A DNA stretch of 58,671 bases from Deltaproteobacteria bacterium (GTDB lineage: Bacteria; Desulfobacterota; Desulfobulbia; Desulfobulbales; Desulfurivibrionaceae). Positions 1 through 9,991 of the stretch are shown here, piece by piece (within the stretch, counting starts at the first letter, position 1; each line of letters starts with the position of its first letter). A program made the translations under genes and the position numbers. The notes beneath the pieces are model-generated. The model ran no database searches and was not told the DNA's origin. It saw nothing but the letters and a program-made list of their open reading frames with translations. The stretch lies in the NCBI GenBank assembly GCA_021822005.1, contig JAJZSH010000002.1:1-58671 (forward strand), given 5' to 3'.

Positions 1-290
1 TTCTGGCAAAAAATCCGGTGCAGGTGATTCTTTCCGACCAGCGGATGCCCGGGATGAGCGGCACCGAGTTCCTCAGCTGTGTCAAAGCGCTTTATCCGGA
101 CACCGTGCGTATGGTTCTGACAGGGTATGTTGAGCTGGAAACCGTTGTCCAGGCGGTCAATGAGGGCGCCATCTATAAATTCTTCGGTAAACCCTGGGAC
201 GAAGAGCAATTGCGCGGCCAGATCCGGGATGCTTTTTTGTATCACGAGGGAGTCATAAAGCCGCGGAGGGGAGCGGCTCCGGGGCTGTGA
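1..290 (+). CDS. Response regulator receiver domain protein (5'-truncated by window edge)
   Basis: VILSDQRMPGMSG...LTGY...KPW receiver motifs; frame is open to the window start. Confidence 0.85.
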   Translation, partial: LAKNPVQVILSDQRMPGMSGTEFLSCVKALYPDTVRMVLTGYVELETVVQAVNEGAIYKFFGKPWDEEQLRGQIRDAFLYHEGVIKPRRGAAPGL

Positions 291-375
291 TCCGCGGCCG
301 TCGGGAAATGGGGGGCGGCGCTGTCACTGCTGCTATACATTGCAATTCGGATTAGAATATGCGGAGCGAGAGTGT

Positions 376-2349
376 ATGCTTGAAGTCAACCCAATGATAT
401 TGCTTGAAAATATCAGCGATCCGCTTTTCGTCGTTACGCAGGCCGGGCAGATCCTGTTCATGAACAAGGCAGCCAGAGAGCTTGCCGGCCTTTCCCCTGC
501 CGCCGGGGAGGTCTCCGGCTGTGTCCTGTTCTGCGGGCGGGAAGGGACCGAGGCGGAGTGTGGGGAGGATTGTCTGATTACCCAGGCAATCGTGCAACAG
601 AAAGTAGTCCGCGCGATGCGGGGTGATTTTCTTGCCGCCGATCCGGCTGAAGGGGCAGAGGAGATTGTTGCCTCCCCCCTTGCCGATGCGCAGGACAGGG
701 GGGCAGCCGTTCTGCTGCAGATCAGGAAGGCTCTGAAGCCTGTCTTTCTGGAAAGAGTCCGGAGCGGCTGGGTGGCGGCGCAGCAGGAGCATGAGGCGCT
801 GAAGCAGCTTTTTGCCCAGGTCAAGCGGGCCAAGGACGAATGGGTCATGGTCATGGACAGGGTTTCCGACCTGGTTTTCCTCGTTGGCGCAGGGGGGGGG
901 GTGCAGCGCTGCAACAAGGCGGTGTGCGATTTTCTTGGCAAGCCGTACCCGGAGATTCTTGGCCGGAGCTGGGAAGATCTTTTCCGGGAAGCGGGGTTGC
1001 GCCAGGGTCCGAAGCGGGTTGGCGTTCACCCGGATGAGTTGTTCCATGACGCCAGCCGCAGGGTTTTTCAGCAGACCTGCTATCCCCCGGAAATCAAAAG
1101 CGGCGAACCGCAGCGCATTGTCACCCTTCATGATATTTCCGAACGCAAGCGGATCCTGGAAAATATCGAGGGGAACAGAAAAAGGCTCGAAGGCGTCCTT
1201 GGAGAGATTTCCTCCATGATCCAGCGAGTCACCGAAGAGAGTACGGGAGAGTTTTTTTTCACCCTGCCTCCGGACTATGAACCGTGCTGGAAGACCATGG
1301 CCTGCACGCAGGAGGATTGCCCCTGTTATGGCCGGGAGCCCCAGCAATGCTGGACCATTGCCGGAAACTGCAAGGGCGCGGTGCAGGGGGAATTCGCTCA
1401 AAAGCCCAACAACAATTGTCTGGCCTGCGAATTTTATCAGAAGGCAGCCGATGATCCGGTGGTGCGGATCGGCATCCAGTTCAGCCATATGGTGCAGATC
1501 ATAGAAAAAAAGAACCGCGAGTTGCAAAACGCCTACGATGAACTGAAAGCAACCCAGTCCCAGTTTGTCCAGCAGGAGAAAATGGCCTCCATCGGCCAGC
1601 TGGCCGCAGGCGTAGCCCACGAGATCAACAACCCCATCGGTTTTGTCACCAGCAACCTGGGCACTCTGCAGAAATATATGGCTCGGGTGGCGGAATTTTT
1701 GCAGAAGCAGGCGGAGATCTTCCCCCGGGAAGCGGGCGATGACCGCGCCATGCGCCTTGCCGAGATCCGCAGGCAGCTCAAGATCGAAGCTATTCTCGAA
1801 GACCTGCCGGCCCTGCTTGCCGAATCCCTGGACGGCGTCGAACGGGTCCGCAAGATCGTCCAGAACCTGAAAAGTTTTTCCCGGATTGACCAGTCCGACT
1901 ACAGTATGGCCGATATCAACCAGTGTCTGGACGACACCCTGAATATCATCTGGAACGAGCTCAAATACAAGTGTACCGTAAAAAAAGACTATGGCGATCT
2001 TCCCCAGACCCGATGCTATCCGCAGCAGCTCAACCAGGTGTTCATGAATCTGCTGGTCAATGCGGCGCAGGCCATCGAGAGTAAGGGCGAGATCGTGATC
2101 ACCACCAGGGCGAGCGAAACCGGGATAACCATCGCCATTGCCGACTCCGGCTCCGGCATCGCCCCTGAGAATCTGAACAGAATCTTCGAGCCGTTTTTCA
2201 CCACCAAGGAGGTGGGCAAGGGAACCGGACTGGGCTTGAGCATCACCTACGATATCGTGACCAAGAAGCATGGCGGCAGGATTGAGGTGGCCAGCGAGCC
2301 GGGCAAGGGGACGACCTTTGTCGTGACCTTGCCCGTCAAGACGGAGTGA
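376..2349 (+). CDS. PAS-domain sensor histidine kinase with internal Cys-rich (two-CW-like) domain
   Basis: H-box AHEINNP, N-box [26 protein letters not shown]; CW...CPCY...CW...CLACEFY insert; ATG 376 chosen as start. Confidence 0.9.
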   Translation: MLEVNPMILLENISDPLFVVTQAGQILFMNKAARELAGLSPAAGEVSGCVLFCGREGTEAECGEDCLITQAIVQQKVVRAMRGDFLAADPAEGAEEIVASPLADAQDRGAAVLLQIRKALKPVFLERVRSGWVAAQQEHEALKQLFAQVKRAKDEWVMVMDRVSDLVFLVGAGGGVQRCNKAVCDFLGKPYPEILGRSWEDLFREAGLRQGPKRVGVHPDELFHDASRRVFQQTCYPPEIKSGEPQRIVTLHDISERKRILENIEGNRKRLEGVLGEISSMIQRVTEESTGEFFFTLPPDYEPCWKTMACTQEDCPCYGREPQQCWTIAGNCKGAVQGEFAQKPNNNCLACEFYQKAADDPVVRIGIQFSHMVQIIEKKNRELQNAYDELKATQSQFVQQEKMASIGQLAAGVAHEINNPIGFVTSNLGTLQKYMARVAEFLQKQAEIFPREAGDDRAMRLAEIRRQLKIEAILEDLPALLAESLDGVERVRKIVQNLKSFSRIDQSDYSMADINQCLDDTLNIIWNELKYKCTVKKDYGDLPQTRCYPQQLNQVFMNLLVNAAQAIESKGEIVITTRASETGITIAIADSGSGIAPENLNRIFEPFFTTKEVGKGTGLGLSITYDIVTKKHGGRIEVASEPGKGTTFVVTLPVKTE

Positions 2350-2359
2350 GGGCGGCAAG

Positions 2360-3238
2360 ATGGCGGAACACGTGACAATTCTCTGCGTGGATGACGAGGC
2401 GAACGTCTTGAAATCCCTGAAACGTCTTTTCCTTGATGAGGACTATGAAATCCTGACCGCAGAATCAGGAAAGGAGGGGCTGGTACTTCTGGAACAGCGG
2501 CAGCCGGTTCAGGTGGTGATCTCCGACTACCGGATGCCGGCGATGGACGGGGTCGCTTTTTTCAAGCAGGTGCATGAGCGCTGGCCGGACACTGTTCGCA
2601 TCGTGCTCTCCGGCTATGCCGACACTGCGGTCGTGGTGGCGGCGATCAATGAAGGCCAGATCTACAAGTTTATTCCCAAACCCTGGAACGACGATGAACT
2701 CAAGGTGGCCATCGCCCAGGCGTTGGAGTGGTATTTCCTGGTCAAGGCGAAAAACGAACTCAACGAACAGTTGCGGCAAGCCAATGATGAACTGGCCCGC
2801 ATTGCCGCGCAGCTTGAAGAGAAGGTGGCGGAACGCACGGAAGAGCTTTTGTTCCAGAACAAGGTGCTCAGACACAGTCAGGTCATCCTGAATATCCTGC
2901 CCATGGGAGTGGTTGGTTTTGACCGGGAGGGGGTGCTGGTGCAGCGGAATCGCTTTGCCGAAGAGGCGCTGCGGGATTTCCGTCACTCCTCCCTTGGCGC
3001 GATGGCGGCGGAGGTTCTGCCTCCGGACTGGGGTGCCATGCTGGAGGAGGTGCAGCCGGGCAAGGTTGTCAGCAGGGTGCTTGGTCTTGCCGGGCAGCAG
3101 TTCTGCGTGCGGGGGGCCATGATGGATGAACCGGGCGGTCAGGCCGGAACGGTGCTGGTGTTTGATGGCGGGAGTTGCGGGGAGTCGTGCCGTGTTTCCG
3201 GTCCGGCCTCCGCTACAGCGGGAAGTGAGGAAAAATGA
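2360..3238 (+). CDS. Response regulator (receiver + coiled coil + PAS-like C-terminus)
   Basis: LCVDDE...ISDYRMP...KPW. Confidence 0.85.
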   Translation: MAEHVTILCVDDEANVLKSLKRLFLDEDYEILTAESGKEGLVLLEQRQPVQVVISDYRMPAMDGVAFFKQVHERWPDTVRIVLSGYADTAVVVAAINEGQIYKFIPKPWNDDELKVAIAQALEWYFLVKAKNELNEQLRQANDELARIAAQLEEKVAERTEELLFQNKVLRHSQVILNILPMGVVGFDREGVLVQRNRFAEEALRDFRHSSLGAMAAEVLPPDWGAMLEEVQPGKVVSRVLGLAGQQFCVRGAMMDEPGGQAGTVLVFDGGSCGESCRVSGPASATAGSEEK

Positions 3239-4566
3239 TGACCGAGACGGCAAGCCCTTCCTCCCCGGAAAAGGGGAAGATCCTCTTTGTGGACGATGAG
3301 GAAAATATCCTGCGTTCTCTGCAGCGGCTTTTCGTGGATGAAGAGGTCGAGGTGTTCACGGCCTCTTCCGGGGCGCAGGGGTTGGAAATCCTTGCCGGGG
3401 AAGCCGGGGTTGGCGTCATTGTCTCCGACCAGAGGATGCCGGAGATGACCGGCGTTGATTTTCTTGAAAAATCCAAGGCGATTTCTCCCCAGTCCATCAG
3501 GATTCTGCTCACCGGCTATGCCGATGTCAACGCCGCCATCGACGCCATCAACCGGGGCGGCACCTTCCGCTATCTGGACAAGCCCTGGAATGATGATGAG
3601 CTTGTCCAGACAGTCAAGGGCGCGCTGCAGATGTACCACCTGCTCATCGAAAACAAACGGTTGGGCGCCATTGTCAGGAAACAGAACGCCGAGTTGAAGA
3701 AGTGGAACACGGAGCTGGAGACCATGGTCCAGGACCAGACTATAAAACTCAAGAAGAGTTACGACACCCTGCGGGCGATAAACACCAGGTTGCGGGCCAA
3801 TTTCAAGAACACCATCGTTGCTTTTTCCGGGCTCATCGAGTTGCGCGACAAACGGATGCGGACCCATTCCCGCAATGTCGCGGAGGTCTCGGTGAATGTA
3901 GCCAAACAACTGGGCATGGAGAGCGAGCAGCGGGAAACAATCATGGTGGCCGCCCTGCTCCATGATATCGGGAAAATAGGGATTTCTGATGTTATGCTGG
4001 CGCGGGAGGCTGAGCAGATGAATTTTGCCGAACGGGAGGAATATCTGCAGCATCCGGTGCGGGGGCAGGCGGCCATTGACAGGATTGAAGAGCTGCGGGA
4101 GGCGGGGCTGATCATCCGCGCCCATCATGAAAGTTATGACGGCAAGGGATTTCCCGATGGACTGAAGAAGACGGACATTCCTCTTGGCGCACGGATCATC
4201 GCCCTGGCCGATTATCTCGATAAAAAGATTCGCAAATCCATGGGGGCCACAAGTTTTGAGGTCATGCGCAAGGATGTGGATCTTCAGAAAGGAACACTTT
4301 TCGACCCCAAGCTTGTGCCGGTGGTTCTTGAACAGGCCGAGTCCTTTTATAAAAAGATCCGGCCCAGGACAGATCATATCGAGATCGAGCTGCTGCCCGG
4401 CGATCTGCAGGAGGGGATGGAAGCGAGCCGGGATGTATACAGCGGCACAGGGATTCTGTTGCTCACCAAGGGGACAGTTCTTGCCAGGCCCAGCATCCTG
4501 CTGCTGAAACGGTATTATGAGCTGGACCCGGCAAAACAGGGGGTATTTGTCAGCGTCAAGGAATGA
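3235..4566 (+). CDS. RpfG-type response regulator / HD-GYP c-di-GMP phosphodiesterase
   Basis: Receiver domain plus LLHDIGKIG and HHESYDGKGFPDGL. Confidence 0.9.
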   Translation: MMTETASPSSPEKGKILFVDDEENILRSLQRLFVDEEVEVFTASSGAQGLEILAGEAGVGVIVSDQRMPEMTGVDFLEKSKAISPQSIRILLTGYADVNAAIDAINRGGTFRYLDKPWNDDELVQTVKGALQMYHLLIENKRLGAIVRKQNAELKKWNTELETMVQDQTIKLKKSYDTLRAINTRLRANFKNTIVAFSGLIELRDKRMRTHSRNVAEVSVNVAKQLGMESEQRETIMVAALLHDIGKIGISDVMLAREAEQMNFAEREEYLQHPVRGQAAIDRIEELREAGLIIRAHHESYDGKGFPDGLKKTDIPLGARIIALADYLDKKIRKSMGATSFEVMRKDVDLQKGTLFDPKLVPVVLEQAESFYKKIRPRTDHIEIELLPGDLQEGMEASRDVYSGTGILLLTKGTVLARPSILLLKRYYELDPAKQGVFVSVKE

Positions 4567-4587
4567 TGAAAGGCTGAAGACTAAAAA

Positions 4588-5466
4588 TCAGAGATCATAT
4601 GACCAGGCTTCAAGGCACTGGGCATACTCGCTTCTGATCTGCTGGATAATCTCGGGAAGGGTCTGTTTGCTGATCCCCAGGTTTCTCAGGTCCTCCGGCG
4701 TCACCTTTGCCATGTGCGGGTCCGTGCTTTCTCCCAGATGCAGGGCCTTGGCGATTTTGTTGCCCAGATACACCGCCATGACCAAAGCCGTAATTTTTGG
4801 ATTATCACCCGTGGCGGCGGTAGAGGGGACGTGGTGCAGCCTGATGACTGTCTGGTAATCTACCGGGAAGTTCCAGGAGTCTGCCATGGCCTGTCCGGCC
4901 CTTTGGTGAGTGAAGCCGAGGATGTTTTTTTCAATTTCGTACTGGACGGTTGTCCCGCTTCGGGTTTGCTTGAGAATCTCGGCCATTTCGGCAGGCAGAT
5001 TCTGGGCAAAGGCGATCTTGCCTATGTCGTGCAGGAGGCCGCAGATAAAGGCCTGCTCCGGCAGGACCTTGTCGCAGGCCAGCATTGGACTGTGCAGGGC
5101 AAGATGCTTTGCCGCGAGACCAACCGCGAGGGAGTGATACCAGAGGCCCTTCAGGTCAAGGAGCTGATGACCCTCCTGGTTTTTGAAAACATGAAAGACG
5201 GAGATGGTCAGGGCCAAATTCTTGATGGTGTCAAAGCCCAGGATCGTAACCGCCCGTTCGAGACTGGTTATTTCCCGGGCCATCCCGTAATAGGCGGAGT
5301 TGGCGAGTTTCAGGACGGTGGCGGTGAGGGCGGGATCACGGGTAATAATCGCGCCAAGCGATTTCGCGGTGAGCGAGTCATTCTTGTCGCTGGCATTGAT
5401 CTCGTTGGCCACCGCGGAAATGGTGGGCAGCTCTTTGATTTTTTTCAGGAAGTCGCGGAGGTTCAT
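4588..5466 (-). CDS. HDOD domain protein
   Basis: LPT...DPALTATVLKLANSAYYG...GLLHDIGK...LHH; start MNLRDFL chosen. Confidence 0.88.
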   Translation of the reverse strand: MNLRDFLKKIKELPTISAVANEINASDKNDSLTAKSLGAIITRDPALTATVLKLANSAYYGMAREITSLERAVTILGFDTIKNLALTISVFHVFKNQEGHQLLDLKGLWYHSLAVGLAAKHLALHSPMLACDKVLPEQAFICGLLHDIGKIAFAQNLPAEMAEILKQTRSGTTVQYEIEKNILGFTHQRAGQAMADSWNFPVDYQTVIRLHHVPSTAATGDNPKITALVMAVYLGNKIAKALHLGESTDPHMAKVTPEDLRNLGISKQTLPEIIQQIRSEYAQCLEAWSYDL

Positions 5467-5586
5467 AAATATTATCTTACGTAAAATGATGCAAAGAGGC
5501 AAAGAAAAACCTTTAACAACAAAAATCAGCTGACCACCCCACCCATGCGGTGGGCGGTGCGCGCGGCATGGACTGGGGGGCAACAA

Positions 5587-5692
5587 GCGCCGTTGGGCTG
5601 AAATGCCGGCAACAGAGGCGTTCGCTGCTGCCGACCACGATCTTTCAATGTTACGGTCGCCGTTAACACTGCTATTTTTGAACAACGGCTTA
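5587..5692 (-). repeat. Family-2 intergenic palindromic repeat (TAAGCCGTTG end)
   Basis: Reverse strand reads TAAGCCGTTGTTCAAAAATAGCAGTGTTAACGGCGAC, matching the copies at 32370, 55760 and 56223. Confidence 0.6.
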
Positions 5693-5812
5693 GGCCATGG
5701 CCTCATGGTACTGGAAGGCGTTGCGCACGGCCATGACCAGTCTGACAAAGGCCAGTTCGATGGTTTTGAGGATCACCGGATTGTCATCAACGAAGAGCAC
5801 GGTCTGACGCAT
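5690..5812 (-). pseudogene. 40-aa receiver-domain remnant with internal deletion
   Basis: Hand translation MRQTVLFVDDNPVILKTIELAFVRLVMAVRNAFQYHEAMA*: receiver beta1-alpha1 joined to an alpha5-like tail; GGGAG RBS upstream. Confidence 0.6.
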
Positions 5813-5937
5813 GAAGGCTCCCTGTCTGAGTAATTTGGGCGGCTGATTCTGTGGATCAGGATATGACGGAAGGGCACAGCCCTGTCAAGCAATCTCCTGG
5901 GCTTTCCGCCCAGTCCGGCTCTGGCGGCGCCTGAATT

Positions 5938-6363
5938 TCAGTGGAGTTCCTGGCCGGTGGTGGTCATGACCAGCTGGCCATGTTTGACCCCTTTCACCCC
6001 GATGAGTTCGCTGGCGATTCGTTTCACTTCTCCCACCGGCCCCCGCACCACCAGAACCTCAAGGCAGTTATGCGCGTCGAGATGCACATGGAGCGCCGAG
6101 ATAACCCGGTCGTGGTGCGCGTGCTGGTGCTCGGTCAGCTTGTCGGAAAGATCCCGGACATGGTGATTGTACACCAGGGTGACAGTGCCGACCATTTCCG
6201 CGTCCGCGTCCCCGGTGTCCCATTTCTCCTCCACCAGGGCGGAACGGATCAGGTCGCGGATCGCCTCGGAGCGGTTCATGTAGCCCTTGGCCTCTATGTG
6301 CTGGTCATAGCTCTCCAGTAATTTTTCATCGAGTGAGATTCCGAAACGGATGGTTTTTCCCAT
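5938..6363 (-). CDS. nikR: Nickel-responsive regulator NikR
   Basis: RHH N-terminus RFGISL...[11 protein letters not shown]; [11 protein letters not shown] nickel site. Confidence 0.97.
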   Translation of the reverse strand: MGKTIRFGISLDEKLLESYDQHIEAKGYMNRSEAIRDLIRSALVEEKWDTGDADAEMVGTVTLVYNHHVRDLSDKLTEHQHAHHDRVISALHVHLDAHNCLEVLVVRGPVGEVKRIASELIGVKGVKHGQLVMTTTGQELH

Positions 6364-6415
6364 ATGGCTTCTCCTTGTAAAAGGTAACGGCTGAAAATTG
6401 GACAGGCAAAATGCG

Positions 6416-6444
6416 TTGACACCTATTTCAGAATATTGTATTGA
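6416..6444 (+). promoter_or_regulatory. Putative sigma70 promoter of nikMNQO
   Basis: TTGACA-17 bp-TATTGA directly upstream of the operator. Confidence 0.45.
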
Positions 6445-6448
6445 ATCC

Positions 6449-6475
6449 GTGTTACCAAATAAAATGTCGTGTTAC
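6449..6475. promoter_or_regulatory. Putative NikR operator
   Basis: GTGTTAC-N13-GTGTTAC between divergent nikR and nikMN; resembles deltaproteobacterial NikR sites. Confidence 0.75.
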
Positions 6476-6495
6476 ACGGCCGGAGGGAAGACACC

Positions 6496-7518
6496 ATGCA
6501 TATGGCAGACGCGTTATTATCCCCCGCGGTCGGCGGGACCATGTGGGCCGTTTCCGCTGGCGCCATCATATATTGTTCCAGAAAGCTGCGCAAAGAAATG
6601 GACGGGGGCAAGGCGCCGCTCATGGGTGTCCTGGGCGCCTTTCTCTTTGCCGCGCAGATGATCAACTTCACCATTCCGGCCACCGGCTCCAGCGGCCATC
6701 TTGGCGGCGGTCTTCTCCTGGCGGTTTTGCTCGGGCCTGCCGCCGCTTTCATCACCATTGCCTCGGTGCTTGTGGTGCAGGCGCTGTTTTTTGCCGACGG
6801 GGGATTGTTGGCCCTGGGCTGCAATATCTTCAACCTCGGTTTTTTCCCAGCCTTTATCGCCTATCCTTTCATCTATAAGCCCTTGGCCGGCAGCGCCCCA
6901 AGCAAGACCAGGATAACCGTGGCCGCCATGGTTGCCGCCATCATCGGCCTCCAGTTGGGCGCCTTCGCGGTGGTGCTTGAGACCGTGGCCTCGGGGATTT
7001 CCTCCCTGCCCTTTACCACCTTTGTCAGCCTCATGCAGCCGATTCATCTGGCCATTGGGATGGTTGAGGGGCTGGTGACCGGTGCCGTGGTTTCCTTTGT
7101 GTATCAGGCCCGCCCGGAAATCATCGAGAGCGTCCAGGAGGCTCGGCTCCTTGGGGCAACCCCGTTGCGCAATGTTCTGGCAGCCTTTTTTGCCGCCGCC
7201 CTGCTGACCGGCGGGTTTGTTTCCTGGTTTGCCTCGGAAAACCCCGATGGTCTGGAATGGGCCATTGCCAAGGTCACTGGCGCCGAAGAATTCGCCGCTT
7301 CGCAGGATGGGCTGCACGCCCGGCTCGCCGCGCTTCAGGAATCACTCGCCTTTCTCCCGGAGTATACGTTCAAAAAACCAGCACAACAACCGGAAAACGT
7401 GGCGGGGGTGGAATCGCCTCTGGGAACCAGCGTGGCCGGAATTGTCGGCGGCCTGCTGACCCTGGCCATCGCCTTCCTGGGCGGCATTCTCCTAAGAAAA
7501 AAAGACACGGTGGCCTGA
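6496..7518 (+). CDS. nikMN: Ni/Co ECF transporter S component, NikM fused to NikN (PDGLE) domain
   Basis: N-terminal MHMAD, GSSGHLGGG, C-terminal PDGLE motif. Confidence 0.9.
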   Translation: MHMADALLSPAVGGTMWAVSAGAIIYCSRKLRKEMDGGKAPLMGVLGAFLFAAQMINFTIPATGSSGHLGGGLLLAVLLGPAAAFITIASVLVVQALFFADGGLLALGCNIFNLGFFPAFIAYPFIYKPLAGSAPSKTRITVAAMVAAIIGLQLGAFAVVLETVASGISSLPFTTFVSLMQPIHLAIGMVEGLVTGAVVSFVYQARPEIIESVQEARLLGATPLRNVLAAFFAAALLTGGFVSWFASENPDGLEWAIAKVTGAEEFAASQDGLHARLAALQESLAFLPEYTFKKPAQQPENVAGVESPLGTSVAGIVGGLLTLAIAFLGGILLRKKDTVA

Positions 7519-7598
7519 AGCAGCAGGGAAGCATGGGAATCGCGTGAACACGGGGAGGAGGCTGAACGCCTCTTCCCTCTCTTTTTTGGGAGAGGCGG

Positions 7599-8411
7599 AT
7601 GGCGTCCATTGGCGGAGCGGTAAAGGATTTCAGGCAGCTTGACCTGTTGGCCACCGGGAATACGGGGATGCATCGGCTCGATGCCAGGGCCAAGGTTTTG
7701 GTGACCCTGGTCTTTATCCTGGCGGTCGTTTCCCTGGGCAAATACGAATTGGCCGCGTTGTTCCCCTTTTTTCTCTACCCTGCGGTGATCATGGCGCTGG
7801 GCAATCTGCCGGTTCGCCATATCGCCAGGAAGGTCGTGGTTGTCCTTCCCTTTGCCCTGATGGTGGGGATGTTCAACCCTCTTTTTGATCAGACGGTGCT
7901 GGTTCGTCTCGGTTCCCTTGGCATCAGCGGCGGCTGGATCTCCTGTGCCTCCATTCTGGTCCGGGCAACGCTCACCATCGGCGCCGCCCTCATCCTTGTC
8001 GGCATAACCGGTTTTCCCGCGATCTGTCAGGCCCTTGATCAGTTGGGCGTGCCCCGGATCTTTACGGTGCAGCTTCTTTTCCTGTACCGGTATCTCTTTG
8101 TGCTTACCGAAGAAGGCGGCCGGACGGAGCGGGCCCGCGAGCTCCGTGCTTTTGGCAAAAAAGGCTTGGGGTTGCCTTCCTACGGCTCCTTGATCAGCCA
8201 TCTCCTGCTGCGCACCTTGCTGCGGGCGGAGCGGATTCATCTTGCCATGCTGGCCAGGGGATTTGCCGGGGAATTCCACCCGCGCCGGACAACCCGGTTC
8301 GGGGTCGGGGAATTTCTTTTTCTTGCGGGCTGGTCGGGCCTGTTTCTTTTTTTCCGTCTGGTCAATGTTTCCCAGCTCCTGGGAATGGTCGTCATAGGGG
8401 GGCCTGGATGA
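7599..8411 (+). CDS. nikQ: ECF transporter T component NikQ/CbiQ
   Basis: LDARAK, YRYLFVL, ARELR, AMLARGF motifs. Confidence 0.9.
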   Translation: MASIGGAVKDFRQLDLLATGNTGMHRLDARAKVLVTLVFILAVVSLGKYELAALFPFFLYPAVIMALGNLPVRHIARKVVVVLPFALMVGMFNPLFDQTVLVRLGSLGISGGWISCASILVRATLTIGAALILVGITGFPAICQALDQLGVPRIFTVQLLFLYRYLFVLTEEGGRTERARELRAFGKKGLGLPSYGSLISHLLLRTLLRAERIHLAMLARGFAGEFHPRRTTRFGVGEFLFLAGWSGLFLFFRLVNVSQLLGMVVIGGPG

Positions 8412-9157
8412 GCCATCATATTGTCGAGGTCAAGGATCTGCGTCATGTTTATCCCGACGGAACCGAGGCCCTGCGGGGTGTTTCGTTCCGGATTACCCAT
8501 GGCGAATCAGTGGCGATTATCGGCGCCAACGGCGCGGGCAAGTCCACCCTTCTCCTGCATTTGAACGGCTATCTGGCAACCCGCCAGGGGACTATCCGCA
8601 TCGGCGATTTTCCCCTGAACAAATCCACCCTGCCCGAGATCCGGCGCACGGTGGGCATGGTTTTTCAGGATCCGGACGACCAGCTGTTCATGCCCACGGT
8701 TTTTGACGATGTGGCCTTTGGCCCGTTGAATCTGGGCTTGACCGGGGCCGAGGTGGAAGAGCGGGTGCGGGAGGCCTTGGGCCGGGTCGGGGCCGAACAT
8801 CTGCGCGACAAGCCGCCTTACCGGCTTTCCGGCGGGGAAAAGAAACGGGTGGCCATTGCCACGGTGCTGGCCATGTCGCCGGATATTCTGGTCATGGATG
8901 AGCCGACCAGCGGGCTTGATCCCTTTGCCCGGCGGCAGCTCATGGCGTTGTTGAAAGATTTTCACCACACCCGGATTTTCACCAGTCACGATCTGGATAT
9001 GGTGTTGGAGCTGTGCGAGCGGACCATCGTTTTGCACGGGGGGGAGGTCAGGGCCGATGGCCCAACCCTGGATATCTTTCGAGACGAGACGCTGCTTGCC
9101 GCCTGTCGGCTGGAAAAGCCTTTTGTCATGCAGGGCTGCCCGGTCTGCGGCCGGTAA
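8408..9157 (+). CDS. nikO: ECF transporter ATPase NikO/CbiO
   Basis: GANGAGKS, FQDPDDQLF, LSGGEKKR, MDEP. Confidence 0.92.
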   Translation: MSHHIVEVKDLRHVYPDGTEALRGVSFRITHGESVAIIGANGAGKSTLLLHLNGYLATRQGTIRIGDFPLNKSTLPEIRRTVGMVFQDPDDQLFMPTVFDDVAFGPLNLGLTGAEVEERVREALGRVGAEHLRDKPPYRLSGGEKKRVAIATVLAMSPDILVMDEPTSGLDPFARRQLMALLKDFHHTRIFTSHDLDMVLELCERTIVLHGGEVRADGPTLDIFRDETLLAACRLEKPFVMQGCPVCGR

Positions 9158-9350
9158 CCGTTCAGCAGCACCGCGTCTGCTTCGCAGTCTCGCTACGCTC
9201 GCTTAGCTGTCATCGGCCAGGTCCGCATACCATAGTATCGGAGTCTCCCTGCGGTCGCTTACCTGCGGACAGGCCTCTTGGTCGGCACACTGCTCGACAA
9301 TTGACACGCGCATCTGTAGCAGCAGCGAAGCGGCGCTGCTGAACGGTTCC
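9154..9350. repeat. Family-1 MITE/REP-like element, copy A (197 bp)
   Basis: Terminal IR GTAACCGTTCAGCAGC...GCTGCTGAACGGTTCC; homologous to 16843 and 51712. Confidence 0.85.
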
Positions 9351-9410
9351 CGGGGGGGGGAAGCCGTCACCCCCACTGACTGAGGGATAACGGGCTGCCG
9401 GGATAGCGGC

Positions 9411-9833
9411 TTACAGGCAGCGCACCACCAGCACACTGCAATGGGCATGTCCGATCACCCGCGCCGTGGTGCTGCCCATGAGCAGCCGCATGAGTCCGGT
9501 GCGGCCATGGGTGCCGAGCACGATCAGGTCGGCCTTGTTTTTCTTTGCTGTTTCCACCAGCGTTTCCTGGGCAGAGGTTGTGGCGACGATCTTTGTCTCA
9601 CAGGCGAGCCCGGCCTTTTTCACCTTCGCCGCCGCCCGATCCAGGTCGGTGCGGGCCTTTTTTCCCATCAGCTCATTTGCCTCCGGCGCCAAGGACTGGA
9701 GTTCGACATCGATTTCCGGGGCGCTCACCAGCAGAAGTTTCGCGCCCGACCCTTTTGCCAGGGCAATCGCCTCCTTCAGCGCACAATCACTGAATTTTGT
9801 GCCATCATAGCCAACCATGATTTTTTTATACAT
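9411..9833 (-). CDS. Universal stress protein (UspA family)
   Basis: YKKIMVGYDG...DLIVLGTHGRTG...GSTT...VLVV. Confidence 0.93.
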   Translation of the reverse strand: MYKKIMVGYDGTKFSDCALKEAIALAKGSGAKLLLVSAPEIDVELQSLAPEANELMGKKARTDLDRAAAKVKKAGLACETKIVATTSAQETLVETAKKNKADLIVLGTHGRTGLMRLLMGSTTARVIGHAHCSVLVVRCL

Positions 9834-9991
9834 AGAAGCCTCCCTCTCAGATGTTTGCCAGCAGGACCGGTCGCGGTATTCTGTCGGGCTGGCAAGGTCA
9901 TGTCTTACTATCATTATCTGTAATCGCCAGGGATTTTGTCAAAACAAAAAAAGAATGGGCCAGCGGCTTGGTGGGCGGGGCTTTTCAGATT

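Noticed and set aside
352-2358. Long antisense ORFs (also 12513-13835, 15206-16762, 16886-18277, 49071-50456, 51899-53467)
   Set aside because: Shadow frames of well-supported genes in GC-rich DNA; no recognisable motifs
5467-5748. Long N-terminal extensions in the ORF track (HDOD, USP, radical SAM, rimO, jag, sirC and others)
   Set aside because: Downstream starts match family N-termini and RBS positions; the extensions run through repeats or neighbouring genes
6364-6495. Cobalamin riboswitch / cbiMNQO assignment
   Set aside because: The intergenic region is short with no B12 box; adjacent nikR and operator favour nickel
9013-9448. Small ORFs over the repeat elements (also 51453-51764, 56080-56292)
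   Set aside because: They are translations of palindromic repeats, not plausible genes
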